A DNA stretch of 64,000 nucleotides from Paramoeba atlantica (lineage: Eukaryota > Protista > Discosea), in the NCBI GenBank assembly GCA_977017575.1, contig CDRNVI010000071.1, forward strand, positions 186,001 through 250,000, read 5' to 3'. Within the stretch, counting starts at the first letter, position 1. Every line of letters begins with the position of its first letter. The position numbers and the translations under genes were made by a program. The notes under the pieces are model-generated. The model ran no database searches. It saw nothing but the letters and a program-made list of their open reading frames with translations, and was not told the origin of the DNA. This document shows positions 42,147 to 54,002 of the stretch, piece by piece.

Positions 42147-42593
42147 TTGAGCTCGATTTTTTTTATTTATCCTAACATGACATTTCGTGACATAATCCCA
42201 GTCACGCCTTCTCTTCTCGACTCCGAGTCCGACCACAGTCGGCCAACCTTTTCTGACGCTTCTTCTACCGATACCGCTACGAACTCCGACCTGGCCCTTT
42301 CAGCCAGCGACGACCCAGACTGGGAACCTAGCGATGAAGAAAGTTCCTCTATCTGCGAGTATGAGTGGAGTGAAGAAGAGAGCATTGCCATTTATGCTTC
42401 TCTCAAGGGAGTTGAACGCCATGCAGAAGACAAAGACGAAGACTTTGCGGAGCGTTTTCGAGACGAGACGGAATTCGTTCCCGTTGAGGATTTCGAAAGC
42501 GCTGTCTGTTTCGATGCGCAACTTCTGGAAGATGCTTTTGCCTTAAAAAAGATTATGGAACCTGGTTATGGCTTCTTCTCCCGGGGTCATTAA
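42147..42593 (+). CDS. Hypothetical acidic protein, possibly TE-derived or broken
   Basis: 148-aa Asp/Glu/Ser-rich ORF followed by shifted ORFs; no family recognised. Confidence 0.25.
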   Translation: MSSIFFIYPNMTFRDIIPVTPSLLDSESDHSRPTFSDASSTDTATNSDLALSASDDPDWEPSDEESSSICEYEWSEEESIAIYASLKGVERHAEDKDEDFAERFRDETEFVPVEDFESAVCFDAQLLEDAFALKKIMEPGYGFFSRGH

Positions 42594-43199
42594 CTCGCCC
42601 GAATCTTCCTGTGAGATACAAAAAAATCACGATTCTGAAGAAGCGCGATGCGAGGCGCAACGTGAGTGCCGGGAAATGGCTCTTAAACACACAATCCTTC
42701 GGTAAGATTATGATTCAATGGAAACAAAATACGTTGAGATACAAACCGCTCTCAAAGCTCAACAAAAAGAGCAACAAAAACTTCTTGCCACCATGGCTGC
42801 ACTGAGGAGGCTGTGTATCACCAATACCGGCGGTGTTCCTTCTCCCCAGAAAAAGCGAGCCGGGCGTCCCATGAAGAAACGCAACAAAAAACGTCTTGGT
42901 TTGCCGATTGTTTGTACAGGTAGAGGGGGGTTAAGTGAAACAGGAGTTTTCACGTTCAAAATTTTACGCAGTATCGGTACTTTCAATCAGGCCGATTTAT
43001 GTTATATCTCACTGCATCCGAGCACATGCAGTCGTATACTGCGTCGAGGCGACGAGAATGCCAGAATTAAATCAGTGCGTGACGCTCACGCCGCGTTGAT
43101 TGAATGGAAACATTATAAAAAAGCAAAGTCTTTACTTCCCAAGGTGATGTCACTGAATCCAGTGCATCGAACTTTAAATGCTCTTCAATGCACATATCT

Positions 43200-43600
43200 C
43201 AGTGTGGGTGGGATGGAAATATCGAAGTACATGCTACGGCATCTCTTTTATTATCACGGTTTCAAGTTTCGCAGTAAGGAGCGCACGCTTCTTTTGACTA
43301 TGAAACAAAGAGAAGAACGGGTTGAAAAAAACCACATTGGGTTCCCTACTGTTCCAATCACCCAGATGCAATTCATATGGATGATGGCGCACCCCCCCAC
43401 ACAGCAGTACGTACAATGCGATGGTGGTCGAAAGCCTCATGTCGACGAATATCTTCGACGTGCCTTCGCCAACATAAAAATATTTCTTCCTGTTCCATCC
43501 TCCCCAGTGGCCTGCAGATTCTCCAGACCTCAATCCGATTGAGAATCTTTGGAGTAAACTCAAGAACGCCAACAAGCGATGTCCTTCAAGAGTGGGTGAA
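43200..43600 (+). pseudogene. Degenerate Tc1/mariner catalytic fragment
   Basis: WMDDGAPPH and, in another frame, WPADSPDLNPIENLWSKLK. Confidence 0.7.
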
Positions 43601-43819
43601 ATCAAGGGGTGAAAGTGAAGCATTATTGCGCCAAAAAAACACTTTTTTACGTTTTTCAAATATTGGTTTGAACCAAGTATGTTTTCTTTTAGAGCGTGTC
43701 AGATTATTAAAAATACAAACTTTTTTCACGGTTTATCACTATGAACTGCGCACAAAAACACAATTAATTGAGTTGTCTGCTGGAAGCCAAACCGTAACGC
43801 GCACTGATTGCTGGCGAGC

Positions 43820-44048
43820 GAGTCGCTCGCTGGGAAACGACTTGTGGCATGAGACAGTTAATCATCGACGATCTTTGGTGCACACCAACACTGTTGAACG
43901 CATGAATGAGATGCTCAAGAAGGCAGTACGATCCCGTGGGAATGGGACCCTTGGGTGCTTTGATGAAGAAAGAAAAGATCGACCAAAGTTTAGCGAAGAA
44001 GTCGTCAATGATCTGAAGATCGGAAATAGCGGGGGAAATCCTTTATAA
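43820..44048 (+). pseudogene. Merlin/IS1595-like transposase C-terminal fragment
   Basis: HETVNHRRSLVHTNTVERMNEMLK...RGNGTLG, paralogous to 50538-50864. Confidence 0.65.
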
Positions 44049-45473
44049 AGCGCTTTTTAAAATCCTTTTAAGCGCTTTTTTTAAATCCTTTAAAAAAGCG
44101 AAATCAAAAGAAATAAGTACTAGCGGCCCATAAACCTAAAAAAATATCTTCATTAATTTTTTTTCCAAAAAAGGCGCAATAATGCTTCACTTTGACCAAT
44201 CAAGGACGTCTGTAACGCTTATTTAAGTTCACAGGAATGCGCTGAGTTCTGTCGAACGGTTCAGTCTTTTAAGAAGCGACTTGAATTATGTTTTCAAGCG
44301 AAAGTTAAAAAGATTCCGTACTAAACTTTTATACGGATGTTTTCACAAATTTTACTTTATTACTGCGTTATTACATTGTATTCCTAAAAATCGATCGATG
44401 CTAAGATTGTTTTAAGCAGTGTGCAGCTTGTATTTTCTCGTATTTTATCTCGTGGGTCAGATAAGGTACAATAACTTCAGCGGAATCGTGTAAAGGGTTG
44501 TTATTCTCTTATTTCATTTTATAACTCAATTTCTTTACCCAACAAAGGGCGCGCTTTTAAATTTCTATGTCTCTTCCGGTTGGTTGCTCACAATTCTACG
44601 TCGAAATCCCAAGTACTCCAACTCTTACATCCTCCCGAAGCACTCTGATTGTGCTTCCCACTTCAGCTACTCATTTCTTATCGGTCGCATTAGTTTTTTC
44701 CCGAAAAAAAGCATCTTTACACGAATATGTGAAACGTGTATGAAGCGCAAAATTCTGGTTTCCTTCCTCGATGGACGCCTGATAAGGGGGTACACCCACG
44801 AAACAAATAATTTTCCGAGCTTAAGCCCATCCTAAAGAACGCTTTTGCCGCGTTCTTTTTGCGAACAAACGAGTCCTGCACTCAAAATCTATGTTGCAAT
44901 ATGGCTCAAATGGGGGTGTAAGTATTTGGCTGATTACGGCGTGCGCAAGGCCACAGCCTGCGAAAGGAATAGAGACTGGGAAATTATCAAAGAGGCTATG
45001 AGTATTCAGAATACAGAAGATGTCACGATGACCAAGTTCCTGTGTTTACTAACCCAGCTCTCATTTATAAAGTATACAGTTTATTTATACAGTCATTTAT
45101 ATACAGTCCATCGCGCTTAGAAAAGTTCAGAGCTGCGATTTCACATCGATAAGTGCAGGATCTCCTTATCAGTGGAGTCTGTGCAAATATCACGTGAAAT
45201 CTTGTGAAAATTCGTGAAGTTTTGTGAAGATTCGTGAAAATTCGTGAAAACCAAAAATCCCCATTGAGCCACAGATTTAAGGGACAATGTGGGGGTGGGG
45301 TTAAACTGTCTCGTAATAAAGCCCCGAACTGTAGTCTAAACTATCATGTTTGGAAATACACTACACTAAAACACTACACTAAATTAAGTTAAAACAACAT
45401 CTTCCTCATTATCAGAATTACCTTCCGTGCCTATTTGTAACCAACGGCTATTGGAATGTTGATTGTTAGACTA

Positions 45474-46685
45474 CCGTTAGTACCCCCTGACTTTGCACCC
45501 CCCCTGACTTTGCACATTTTTCTGTTTTTGAAAATTTCTTGATGTGCAAAGTCACGGGGGTATCAAAATTTCCAAAAATGCTGAAAAATCAAATTTCCTT
45601 TTTTTTTGTAAACGACATGTAAAATATTTAACCAGTCGTACAACCGTAAATTGAATTGTTTACTTTCTATCATTTTCAACATTTTGATGCCTGTTTCTCA
45701 TTTGGCATTCAATGCCAACTAAGTTCGTTAATGATTCTCACCACCGGAACCCGCCGTCTTGATTCTGTCACCGGAAGAAGTCAGTACATCCTTGGTTCAG
45801 TTTGATACCCTGCAGCGAGAGAAAGAGGCTGTAGGCGAGAAGTGTTGTCGTATGTAATGCTTCGCACACGGTAACCTTTAAGAGCTTCAACGATCATGTC
45901 AGCCACATGATCTGACATTTTGCTGTCAAGTTTACGCAGTTACGAATCTACTTTTCCGCTCGATGAGGCATAGAAGATATCCACTGTGCTTGGCTCCTTC
46001 GACTGGATCAACTTCCTGATCTCCATTTTGCCATCTGTTGTTTATCACCTCAGGGAGTTCGGAAAGATCGACACGATTGGAGGGGGGGTCTGATTTTTTT
46101 CCCCGCTGTAAAAAAAAGGCCGCGCCGCTTCATGCTGCGGCTCATCCAGTTTTCCTGTCTTTCCTTTTATCACCTTCCTCTTCTAGAAGGGAAGACTTAA
46201 CGTTCTTGTTTGTTTCTAACGTTTTTAGAAAAATTATGAAATTTTTAAAAAACAATCGTCCGGCATTCGGGGGGGGGGCACACGATAAACGAAGTATAAA
46301 GGGGAGGGTCTGACCTGCGAAGTATAAAGGGGGAGTCACAGTAACTTATATAAACCTTTTCAGGGTTATGCGAAGGTAAAAGGTGATCGCAATCCGGCAA
46401 TACAAACCTTCGTAACATTTACACAGTATATTTCTGCAGCCCTAATGAGGAGCGATAAAATATTCGAGAACTTTTTTCTACTCCTCTGGGTGAAATTTTA
46501 TGAAAAACATTATTCTAAAAAGTATGCTGTTTTGACCGAAGTTTTCGACACCTCCCCTTCTCCCAATTTCGCCCCTTCCTTTTCACCCCCTCAACCCACC
46601 TTCACGACTTTGCACACCCCCTCACTTTGCACAAAAACCTGATTTTTCGCTGTTTTCGTCGTGCAAAGTCAGGGGGTACTAACGG
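45474..46685. mobile_element. TA-flanked TIR element carrying an IS30-like fragment and a nested MITE piece
   Basis: TIR ccgttagtaccccctgactttgcac / gtgcaaagtcagggggtactaacgg with TA both sides. Confidence 0.8.
45841..46030 (-). pseudogene. IS30-family-like DDE transposase fragment
   Basis: Hand translation GDQEVDPVEGAKHSGYLLCLIERKSRFVTA/(frameshift)KLDSKMSDHVADMIVEALKGYRVRSITYDN. Confidence 0.65.
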
Positions 46686-46816
46686 TATACGAATCCATCC
46701 AAGGTACGCTGGTTAGGGGATGTTGAATTTGGTCGGGGATACCGCTTACGCTGCATCCGAGCTGAAAAAATCTTGGCATCTGTTGCAGCCCTTTTCTCAG
46801 ACAACAATTCGCTGTC

Positions 46817-46987
46817 TTACTTCCCACGCCACTCATAACGCTGGTAGGCTTCAATATTATGTACGATTAAACATGATATAAAGCAGTTGTTCAGGAGTTC
46901 TATGGAGTGTGTCCAGTTTTTGAAGGCCAACCATCTGCCTACGCATGAGCGCCCAAAAACGTTTTCGATTCTGGCGCCTATCTTTAA
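46817..46987 (-). pseudogene. PIF/Harbinger/ISL2EU-like transposase C-terminal fragment
   Basis: Hand translation ARIENVFGRSCVGRWLAFKNWTHSIELLNNCFISCLIVHNIE resembles R..IE..FG..K.RW...C..LHN. Confidence 0.5.
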
Positions 46988-46997
46988 CTCTTTACTT

Positions 46998-47790
46998 TTA
47001 CACCCTAGAGCTATATTTCAATAACTTCTGTCTTCCCTTTCTTGCTTGACACATGTACAATAGCAACTTCTGTCTTGCGTTTGTTATGTGTCTTTGTATC
47101 GCCCCAATGCGTAACAACTCGCGTGCTGCATCTGAGGTGCTTGCTTCTTCCCACTCAGGACTCTCTATGTAAGACTTTGCCTTGTATACTTTGTTCAGGG
47201 GAACACGAAAGCGATCGTCATGTCCCCTAAGCTTGGTTTGTATTTCTGCCTTGATTTGTGCACGAACAGATACGAGCGTGGCGTTCAAGACCCCGATATA
47301 ACTGTTCCATATGTTTTTGAAAACGGTGGACATTGAACGTTCACTCTGCTGATGTAGGGTAATGTTGAACTTCCGCGCGAAATTAGTCGATAAATTTTGT
47401 CTTATCGTCCGACCATGTTATGCTGTTTTGACATGCAACTAACACGTAGGCAATGTGAACGAAAGTCAATCTAAGCCCAGTGACAGATCGAAGATAAAAG
47501 GAACTTGATGTTTTTTGCGCAGCAGGGAGGTCAATATTCAACGTTTCGAAACTTTGTAGAATGTGAGGGGAAAATGCTTCAACAACTTGACTTTGTCCAC
47601 AATGAACGCAGACTTCAGTGCCCTGTCGGACGACGTCCTCGAGGCAAAACATACATCTATCCCTTTGTTCGTCAGGAGTGGGGCACCACTTACAATGCAC
47701 ACAAAAGCTAGGGCGACCAATAGTGAATGGTGTAGTTTTGATGCATTTCCCCAAACACTCTTGACGAATGATTGAGGACTGCACGGGCAT
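46998..47790 (-). pseudogene. Broken ORF(s) with an N-terminal triple-CxxC Cys-rich module
   Basis: Adjacent ORFs 47383-47790 and 46998-47333. The Cys-rich part has a paralog at 3231-3450. Confidence 0.45.
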
Positions 47791-47912
47791 AAAAAATAAA
47801 GTTCTTAAGAGTGTACACCCCTTAAGTTGGAAAGAAGGGGAGACTATAGGAATAATTTATCTGAAATTGACAAAGAAAACATCAAAGAATGGAGCCTTAT
47901 TACATGCCTTAA

Positions 47913-47988
47913 CCGAGTACAGCGAGTACGTACCGAGTACGTACTCGTTTGTACTCGCCGTACACGAGTACGTACTCGCTGTACTCGG
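47913..47988. mobile_element. 76-bp TTAA-flanked palindromic mini-element
   Basis: TTAA|ccgagtacagcgagtacgtac ... gtacgtactcgctgtactcgg|TTAA; piggyBac-like flanks. Confidence 0.45.
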
Positions 47989-49071
47989 TTAAGGCTCCCA
48001 TGTCTTTACGACTACTAAAATGAAACCATGGTCTCGAATCAGCTCTCAAAGCACGGTTAAGTGTTTTGCACTGTTTTTAATTTGTATCACATTCATTCAC
48101 ACTTAGTACATACTGTGCCCCCCCACTTATTTGTCATACCCTCCCACTTATCGGTCCTTTTTGACGAGACTGGGCAGGAGGCGCCGCGAAGCGGCGCCAG
48201 ATTTTTTTTTTGGGGGAGGGCTCAATTTTTTCCCTACGAACCTCATACATACAGTATATCAGACCTACGTCAGTTTGTATTTATATGCTGTCTATTTCAA
48301 GTTTTTCTTATCACAATACGCTATACCTAGCTACGTTTCTAATTTTTTTTGGGTTCCTTCCATTGTATACACAAACTTGATCATTTGTGTGAAAAGGTAC
48401 TTACGGTTTACCAGATAAAAAACCCATCGGATGATGTGGAATTTTTGAGCGTAGATGAAACTCTTTTCATTCTTGGACAAGATAAGTTTCCACGACAGCT
48501 AACGCGTAGCACGACCATTTTCACAGCCTTCGTAAACACGCTTGATACCGGTCCCAAGCCCGGCGTCGTCGTTTCCTCGACGAAGTGTGAGGCGGTAGGC
48601 GGAGGGTCATCCCTCAGGTTAGTTGGGGTCATCCCCTGGAGTACTCGGGGGGTTATCTCTCAGGTTAGCTGTTTTCCCAGGAGTACTGGGAAAAGTAAGA
48701 ATTTCCCTTTTTTGGTCAGGAGGAGAGTGGCACTTAATGCTTGCCTCCTTCATGTTAATCTTAGCAACACGGGCTTGGTCCCGGTATCAATGTGCCTACG
48801 AAGGCTGTGAAAATTCGGGCGTTGGTAGTACCTTCTCAGGATAATAGCAACGCCACGTTTTCTCAGCCTCGAAATGATGAATATAACAAAAAAAAGAGAA
48901 AGAGAAAGAGGTCAGACTGGCATCATTTCGGGCAAGCAAGCTCCATTTCCGAGGCTGAGAAAACGTGATGTTGCTATTATCCTGAGAAGGTATTACCAAC
49001 GTCGGCATTTTTGCATGCCTCTACTACGTATATCATTTCATGGTAATATATGATATACTACGCATATCATT

Positions 49072-49800
49072 TCAGTTGGGTAAAGTTATTCCAGACGAAA
49101 AAGTCCGATGACATGTCAAGGTTAATTGTAAATGCAAAAGAGCTAAGCGGGAGTGCACAACAACCTCCGGCTTTCTCTTTTCCTGCACCAGAAGAAATAC
49201 GGAATGCGATTCAGGACTTGGGGCCTGCATACTACATTGCCTGCGATCTACGGCATTGGTTCTACCAAATACCTGTATATGCAATGCGTTTGCACGAACG
49301 TTGGGGATATGGATGGGTGGAGCGGCTTGGAAAATGGTTGTCCTTCCTATGGGTCATGCATGGTCGGCGTCACTGGTACATCGAATATGCTGAGGAGTCA
49401 TTCTGTTCAAGGCAAATGACGCGTACTCCAATCTCGGCGTTTCTTCCACACCGCACAACTCAGTTCCGAAGTTCATGGAGCTAAAGAATGATTATGATGA
49501 AGTGGAAGGTATCATTACTGCATATTACGATAATGTTCTAGTGGCTGCGAAAAGTATGGCACGTGTGCGAAGATGGCAAGATCGATTAATAAAGAATACC
49601 AAATGCTTAAATATCACGTGTAAAATTGGGCCAAGCACCAGACAATATGAAGTCGGTTTTCTGGGAATAGAGTACCAATGGGAGGCCACAGCATTGAAAT
49701 GGCGGTTGTTGAACACGAAAGTAGAACAATGGAGAGTAGCTCGGAATACATCAATACTTCGTACCAGCGTAAGCGCGGGACGTGCACTCGGGGTGCGTGA
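49072..49800 (+). pseudogene. Degenerate reverse transcriptase of DIRS/VIPER/TATE-like type
   Basis: KKSDDMSRLIVNA, ACDLRHWFYQIPV, then in another frame ITAYYDNVLVAA and EVGFLGIEY. Frameshifted. Confidence 0.65.
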
Positions 49801-50004
49801 AATTGTCATAAAATAATTTTTCTGCTGTTTTTTACAAGGGACGAAAAGTGACCATTTTTCGATCGAAATAGAGTGCTTTATACGTATTCGCCGCACCATG
49901 ATACATGCGTAGCGATAAATTTAGTAGATTATCATCAGCTTTTCCTATTCTTTTTTACCCTAAATGGATTGCCCGGGCTGCTATGATTTTTCATGTACCG
50001 ATAA

Positions 50005-50864
50005 GTGGCCTTATACCTTGCTTTGTTTGGCAACGGAAGACAGCATCATATTGTGGATACCGATCATGCTCTTATGTATCAGGCTGTTACTTGTTCCAAA
50101 GGTCATGAGCCGCGGGTATGTGCTCTTAAGGAAGAACATTGGTTGTGTTCCGATCGTAGAAAGTGCCTCGGCAAAACTTATTTTTTAGAACCTCTTCTGA
50201 CGGCCGCACATGGGCGCACCGCAAATCAGGTTTTTAAAGTTTTATACGGCATCACTACTGGAAATAGCCGGTTACAGATCTCAACGGAGAGTGGACTTGG
50301 GCCAAAAGCGATCACTCGGCTCACAAACATGTTAGAATTAATTATATCCTTGTCCCATGACATGCGGCGTAGCGAGGCTGAGGGAACCGGGAGCTTTATG
50401 CAAAAGGATGAGACTTGCTTCTCGAAAGCTAAGCGGGGCGGTAATAATCGTGTACGTCGACTCCGGGCCGATGGTTCACAGTGGGTTAATGTTGTCGTGA
50501 AGACCAATCGCTATCATAAGGCCGAGGAAGTGCTGCGTTGGGTGACGGTTTGCGTCACGGAGTCGTGAATCATCGACGTCATTGGGTCGATCCAGAGACA
50601 GGAGTCCATACGCAGATAGTTGAGTGCATGAATGGAAACCTTAAAGAACAAGTAAGCACTCGCGGCACAGGTACGCTTGGACGTGAAGACAACGCCCGCA
50701 ACGCTCGCTTGAAGTTTAGTGGTGAGGTTGCCAACGGGAAATTAAAACGAGGGGAGCACTACGGGCATCCTCTATGTAGACTCTTGCTGGACGTGCAAAT
50801 GTACTGTAGACATGTAGAAAAAAATGTGAAAAATGCGCACTTCTGGGCCTTTTTAACCGGATAA
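50005..50864 (+). pseudogene. Merlin (IS1595/ISXO2-like) transposase, frameshifted/deleted
   Basis: N-terminal CSKGH...WLCSDRRKC zinc ribbon, QKDETCFSKAKRGG, QWV, VNHRRHWVDPETGVHTQIVE. Confidence 0.8.
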
Positions 50865-51025
50865 TACACTCTGTTTCAGCTTCTTCAAAGGCTTGCTTTC
50901 GTTGCTCCGCTCATCCAGTGAAGAAATCCCGGCGATGGGCGGTGGGGGAAGATAGGTGGCATTACTATCATCTTCCATTTTAAACCTTTGAACACTCGAA
51001 AGTAGCGTTTTTATACTATACCCCC

Positions 51026-51840
51026 CTACATAATTGTCACCGCCCCCCCTACTATTTGTCATTTTCGGGTGAATTCACCCCTACATAATTGTCAGTCAGG
51101 CCAAACAGGCGCCGCGAAGCGGCGTCGATTTTCTTTTTCCCGATTTGTGTCGAAAAAAAAGTTTTACTGTCCCACTGCACACCATTTAGATAAAAATTAC
51201 TCTTTAACTCTAAAACCTCATTGCATGCAATTTAGATTTAAAAACTATTTCGTTACTTTTAGTTCCGTTTCTAACATTTTTTTCCCCCCTCATGATTCTC
51301 CGAGGCAGAAGCAGATTACGGGCAGGCTCTCTCTCCCCTCCACACGAGTCAATTGGTCCTCTCGATCGATGGGTTACTGTTCGTCCCCCTCCTGCAAGGG
51401 TTGGAGCTTTAATAGAGCCATTGCAAGAGACATTCCTCTCTTCTTGTTCAAAACGTGCCCGTCATACCCATTTGACCGCACAGCAAAAGCTTGCAAAATG
51501 TCAATAAAATATGTCCACCCAAGAGCTGAGTGAAAAGTACAATGTGACAAATAGAACTATTTTTCGGATACGCAATAAGGGCGTGTCTTCCTGTCAAAAT
51601 TTGATAAACAAGGTTGGAAGCGATCAAAAGCATGAAAGAGGATTTAATTGCGAAAGACAAGCACTGATGCAGAAAGTGCACGACGAACTTTCTGGGCCGC
51701 GCCCAATGACACCAACCCCCCTAGTTATTTGTCACCCATTGAACGCCACCCCACCTAATTATTTGTCACACACCCAACCCCCCTACTATTTGTCACTTTT
51801 CTCCAAAAAGGGGTGACAAATAAGTAGGGGGGGGGTATAG
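51026..51840 (+). mobile_element. TA-flanked internally deleted TIR element inserted after the duplication
   Basis: TA|ctatacccccc ... ggggggtatag|TA; absent from copy 1. Retains the HTH relic MSTQELSEKYNVTNRTIFRIRNK. Confidence 0.8.
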
Positions 51841-52332
51841 TAATATTTTAAAGTATTATTAGGAAAACACTAAAAAAAGTAAAGAAAGAATTTGATAATA
51901 ATGTGCAGGTCAGGTTAAGCCCATGCTACAGAGAGTACCGTATGATCTACCTGTATGATCTGGCCTGTATAAAATATAATCTGGCCGGTGTTTATACACC
52001 GGCCTGTATTTATTGCCTGTCGGTAAATTTTCTTTACTTATAGTTGATACTTGCGACGCACTCGGCTACGGTACTACGACGGCACACGTGCACCCAAGTT
52101 ACGGATACACCCTTTCTCAAAAGACAATTTATTTCTTCTTACATTACCGTGTAATAGCCGCAAACAGTATTCATGTTGAACCCCGTATCAATACACACAA
52201 AAAGATTAGACAGCCAAAAATATGATTCCTAGAAACGAATACAATTCATAATTCCAGACTGTGAAAACGTTTTTTTAACGATAATAAAGAGGTGCGCATA
52301 ATGTACGGATGCGCATGTAGTTTGGCGGTCTT

Positions 52333-53079
52333 TCACCTACCGTCGTAGCTATGATGCGCGCCTACCACTTCAAATTTATTTCGACCACGTAGGCGAATGA
52401 CACGTAGTCGTGCAGGAAGTTCACGTACATTAATCGTGCCTTTTAGGTCGTTGTCCGCCAAATAAAATTCTTTCAAAGATGTTGGAAGACCCTTCAACGA
52501 GACTGTACCGGAAAAGTGATTTATGTTCAACGAGAGCCAACTCAATTTCGGGGGCAAATGTTGAAGGTTTAATGTGCCAGAAAGCTCGTTTCGATTTAAG
52601 CACAACTGCGTAAGTCCAGTGGGAAGTGTAGTAAGATCAATACCCCCTGAAAACAGGTTGTCGTTTAACCACAGGACCGAAAGTACTGGCGGGAGAACAG
52701 AAGTGTCGATCGGACCTTCTAGCTTATTAGATTGCAATTTTAGGCTGACCACATTCTCAGGCAAAAACGCCCAAGTAATGTTACCGGATAAATTAAGCGA
52801 CATCCATTCTAGACGAATCATACTTTCTGTGTCCGCGTGTACGTTAAACCACTTTTTAATAGGACTGTCGGACTTCCAAGTTACATGAGCGTTTTTCACG
52901 TTCTGTAAGAAGAAGCTTAGCTTGGTTTCTGGACTCATACACGAAGCACGCACCCTTCCCAGCCTTGTAGTGGTACGTGGCGCGTCATCCGCAGGAGAAA
53001 AGCGAGGTAACATCATGTGACAAATTATTACTATTACACAGTTAAGGAAATTAAATTTTGGGAGGACTCGCAACTCCAC
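52333..53079 (-). CDS. Short LRR protein, paralog of 30369-31115
   Basis: 248 aa intact ORF with the same LRRs. Confidence 0.88.
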   Translation of the reverse strand: MELRVLPKFNFLNCVIVIICHMMLPRFSPADDAPRTTTRLGRVRASCMSPETKLSFFLQNVKNAHVTWKSDSPIKKWFNVHADTESMIRLEWMSLNLSGNITWAFLPENVVSLKLQSNKLEGPIDTSVLPPVLSVLWLNDNLFSGGIDLTTLPTGLTQLCLNRNELSGTLNLQHLPPKLSWLSLNINHFSGTVSLKGLPTSLKEFYLADNDLKGTINVRELPARLRVIRLRGRNKFEVVGAHHSYDGR

Positions 53080-53225
53080 ATAAGACGCATCAGAATAACA
53101 AATAAAGACAATTTTAACGCTATTCCCCTAATATTCTCTTGCGATTGAGAGATATCATTGAGAGATAGCTGAACACAACCTCCGGGCATTCTAGGAATTC
53201 AATCGCAACACCGCCCCCTACACTC

Positions 53226-54002
53226 CTAGCCATTCAGCTTTGCCATCGCTTGCTTCACCTTTTTAATTTCCATCTCCGTTCGTTCTCGCGAGCGCGTGAT
53301 TTCCAGCACCGCCCGTCGAGCCTGTGCCAACCCCTGCATCTCAGCTTCGTACCTTCTGTTGTACTCCTGCTGCAGGGCGGCGTCTCGCTCATGGATCGCC
53401 TTGGCCTCATACGCCAGCCGCCCCATCTCCGCTCTGCGCGTGGCTATTTGCGCCCGCAGCGTGGCGCGCTCCTGCTCGAACTCCGCTATCTCCTCTTCGT
53501 ACAGCCGACTTGAGTTTTCCATTTCCTGTGCGGTTTGCACAATCGGGTCAGCCATGCGGGGGGGGAGCAGATGGGAGGGGAAGGCCTGCGCGAGATGGCA
53601 CGAGACGGCCTGTCGCTCGCGACCCGTCGCGGCGCCCAACCCGCGCGCGAGACGGCCGCGGCGACGGGAGGAGTACGCGACCCCCGTGGCCCGGTTCAGC
53701 GAGCTCGCGCGCTGGGGGGTGGGGCTCTCGGCCGCTCGTGTTGGGGTCACGCCGTTCGCTGCGGTCAGCGCGGCTAAGTCAATGGTGAAGGCAACGGGCT
53801 TTGCGGGACGGTGGCTGCTGCTGCTGCCGCGTGGTCGCATCGTGGGGGAGGGGGAAACGTTTTCCCGGGCGGCCTTTTTTAAAGGGGGGGAGTAGGCGGA
53901 GGGGGAATCCATGTAAGGGGTCACGGAGGGGTGGGTAGAGGAGGAGGAGGAGGAGGGGATCGGGGCGTTGTTCCGGTAGAGGATGGAGGTAGGGGAGAAC
54001 AT
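53226..54002 (-). CDS. Hypothetical protein: disordered Ser/Pro-rich N-terminus, C-terminal coiled coil
   Basis: 258-aa ORF; heptad-rich EEEIAEFEQERATLRAQIATRRAEM region. Confidence 0.7.
   Translation of the reverse strand: MFSPTSILYRNNAPIPSSSSSSTHPSVTPYMDSPSAYSPPLKKAARENVSPSPTMRPRGSSSSHRPAKPVAFTIDLAALTAANGVTPTRAAESPTPQRASSLNRATGVAYSSRRRGRLARGLGAATGRERQAVSCHLAQAFPSHLLPPRMADPIVQTAQEMENSSRLYEEEIAEFEQERATLRAQIATRRAEMGRLAYEAKAIHERDAALQQEYNRRYEAEMQGLAQARRAVLEITRSRERTEMEIKKVKQAMAKLNG

Larger units (their letters stand above)
50859..53521. repeat. Segmental duplication copy 2 (first 40 TLK codons, LRR, 3' half of coiled-coil gene)
   Basis: Colinear with 29718-31573. The TLK ATG copy is at 50976-50978 and the fragment is truncated at 50859. 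Confidence 0.9.
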
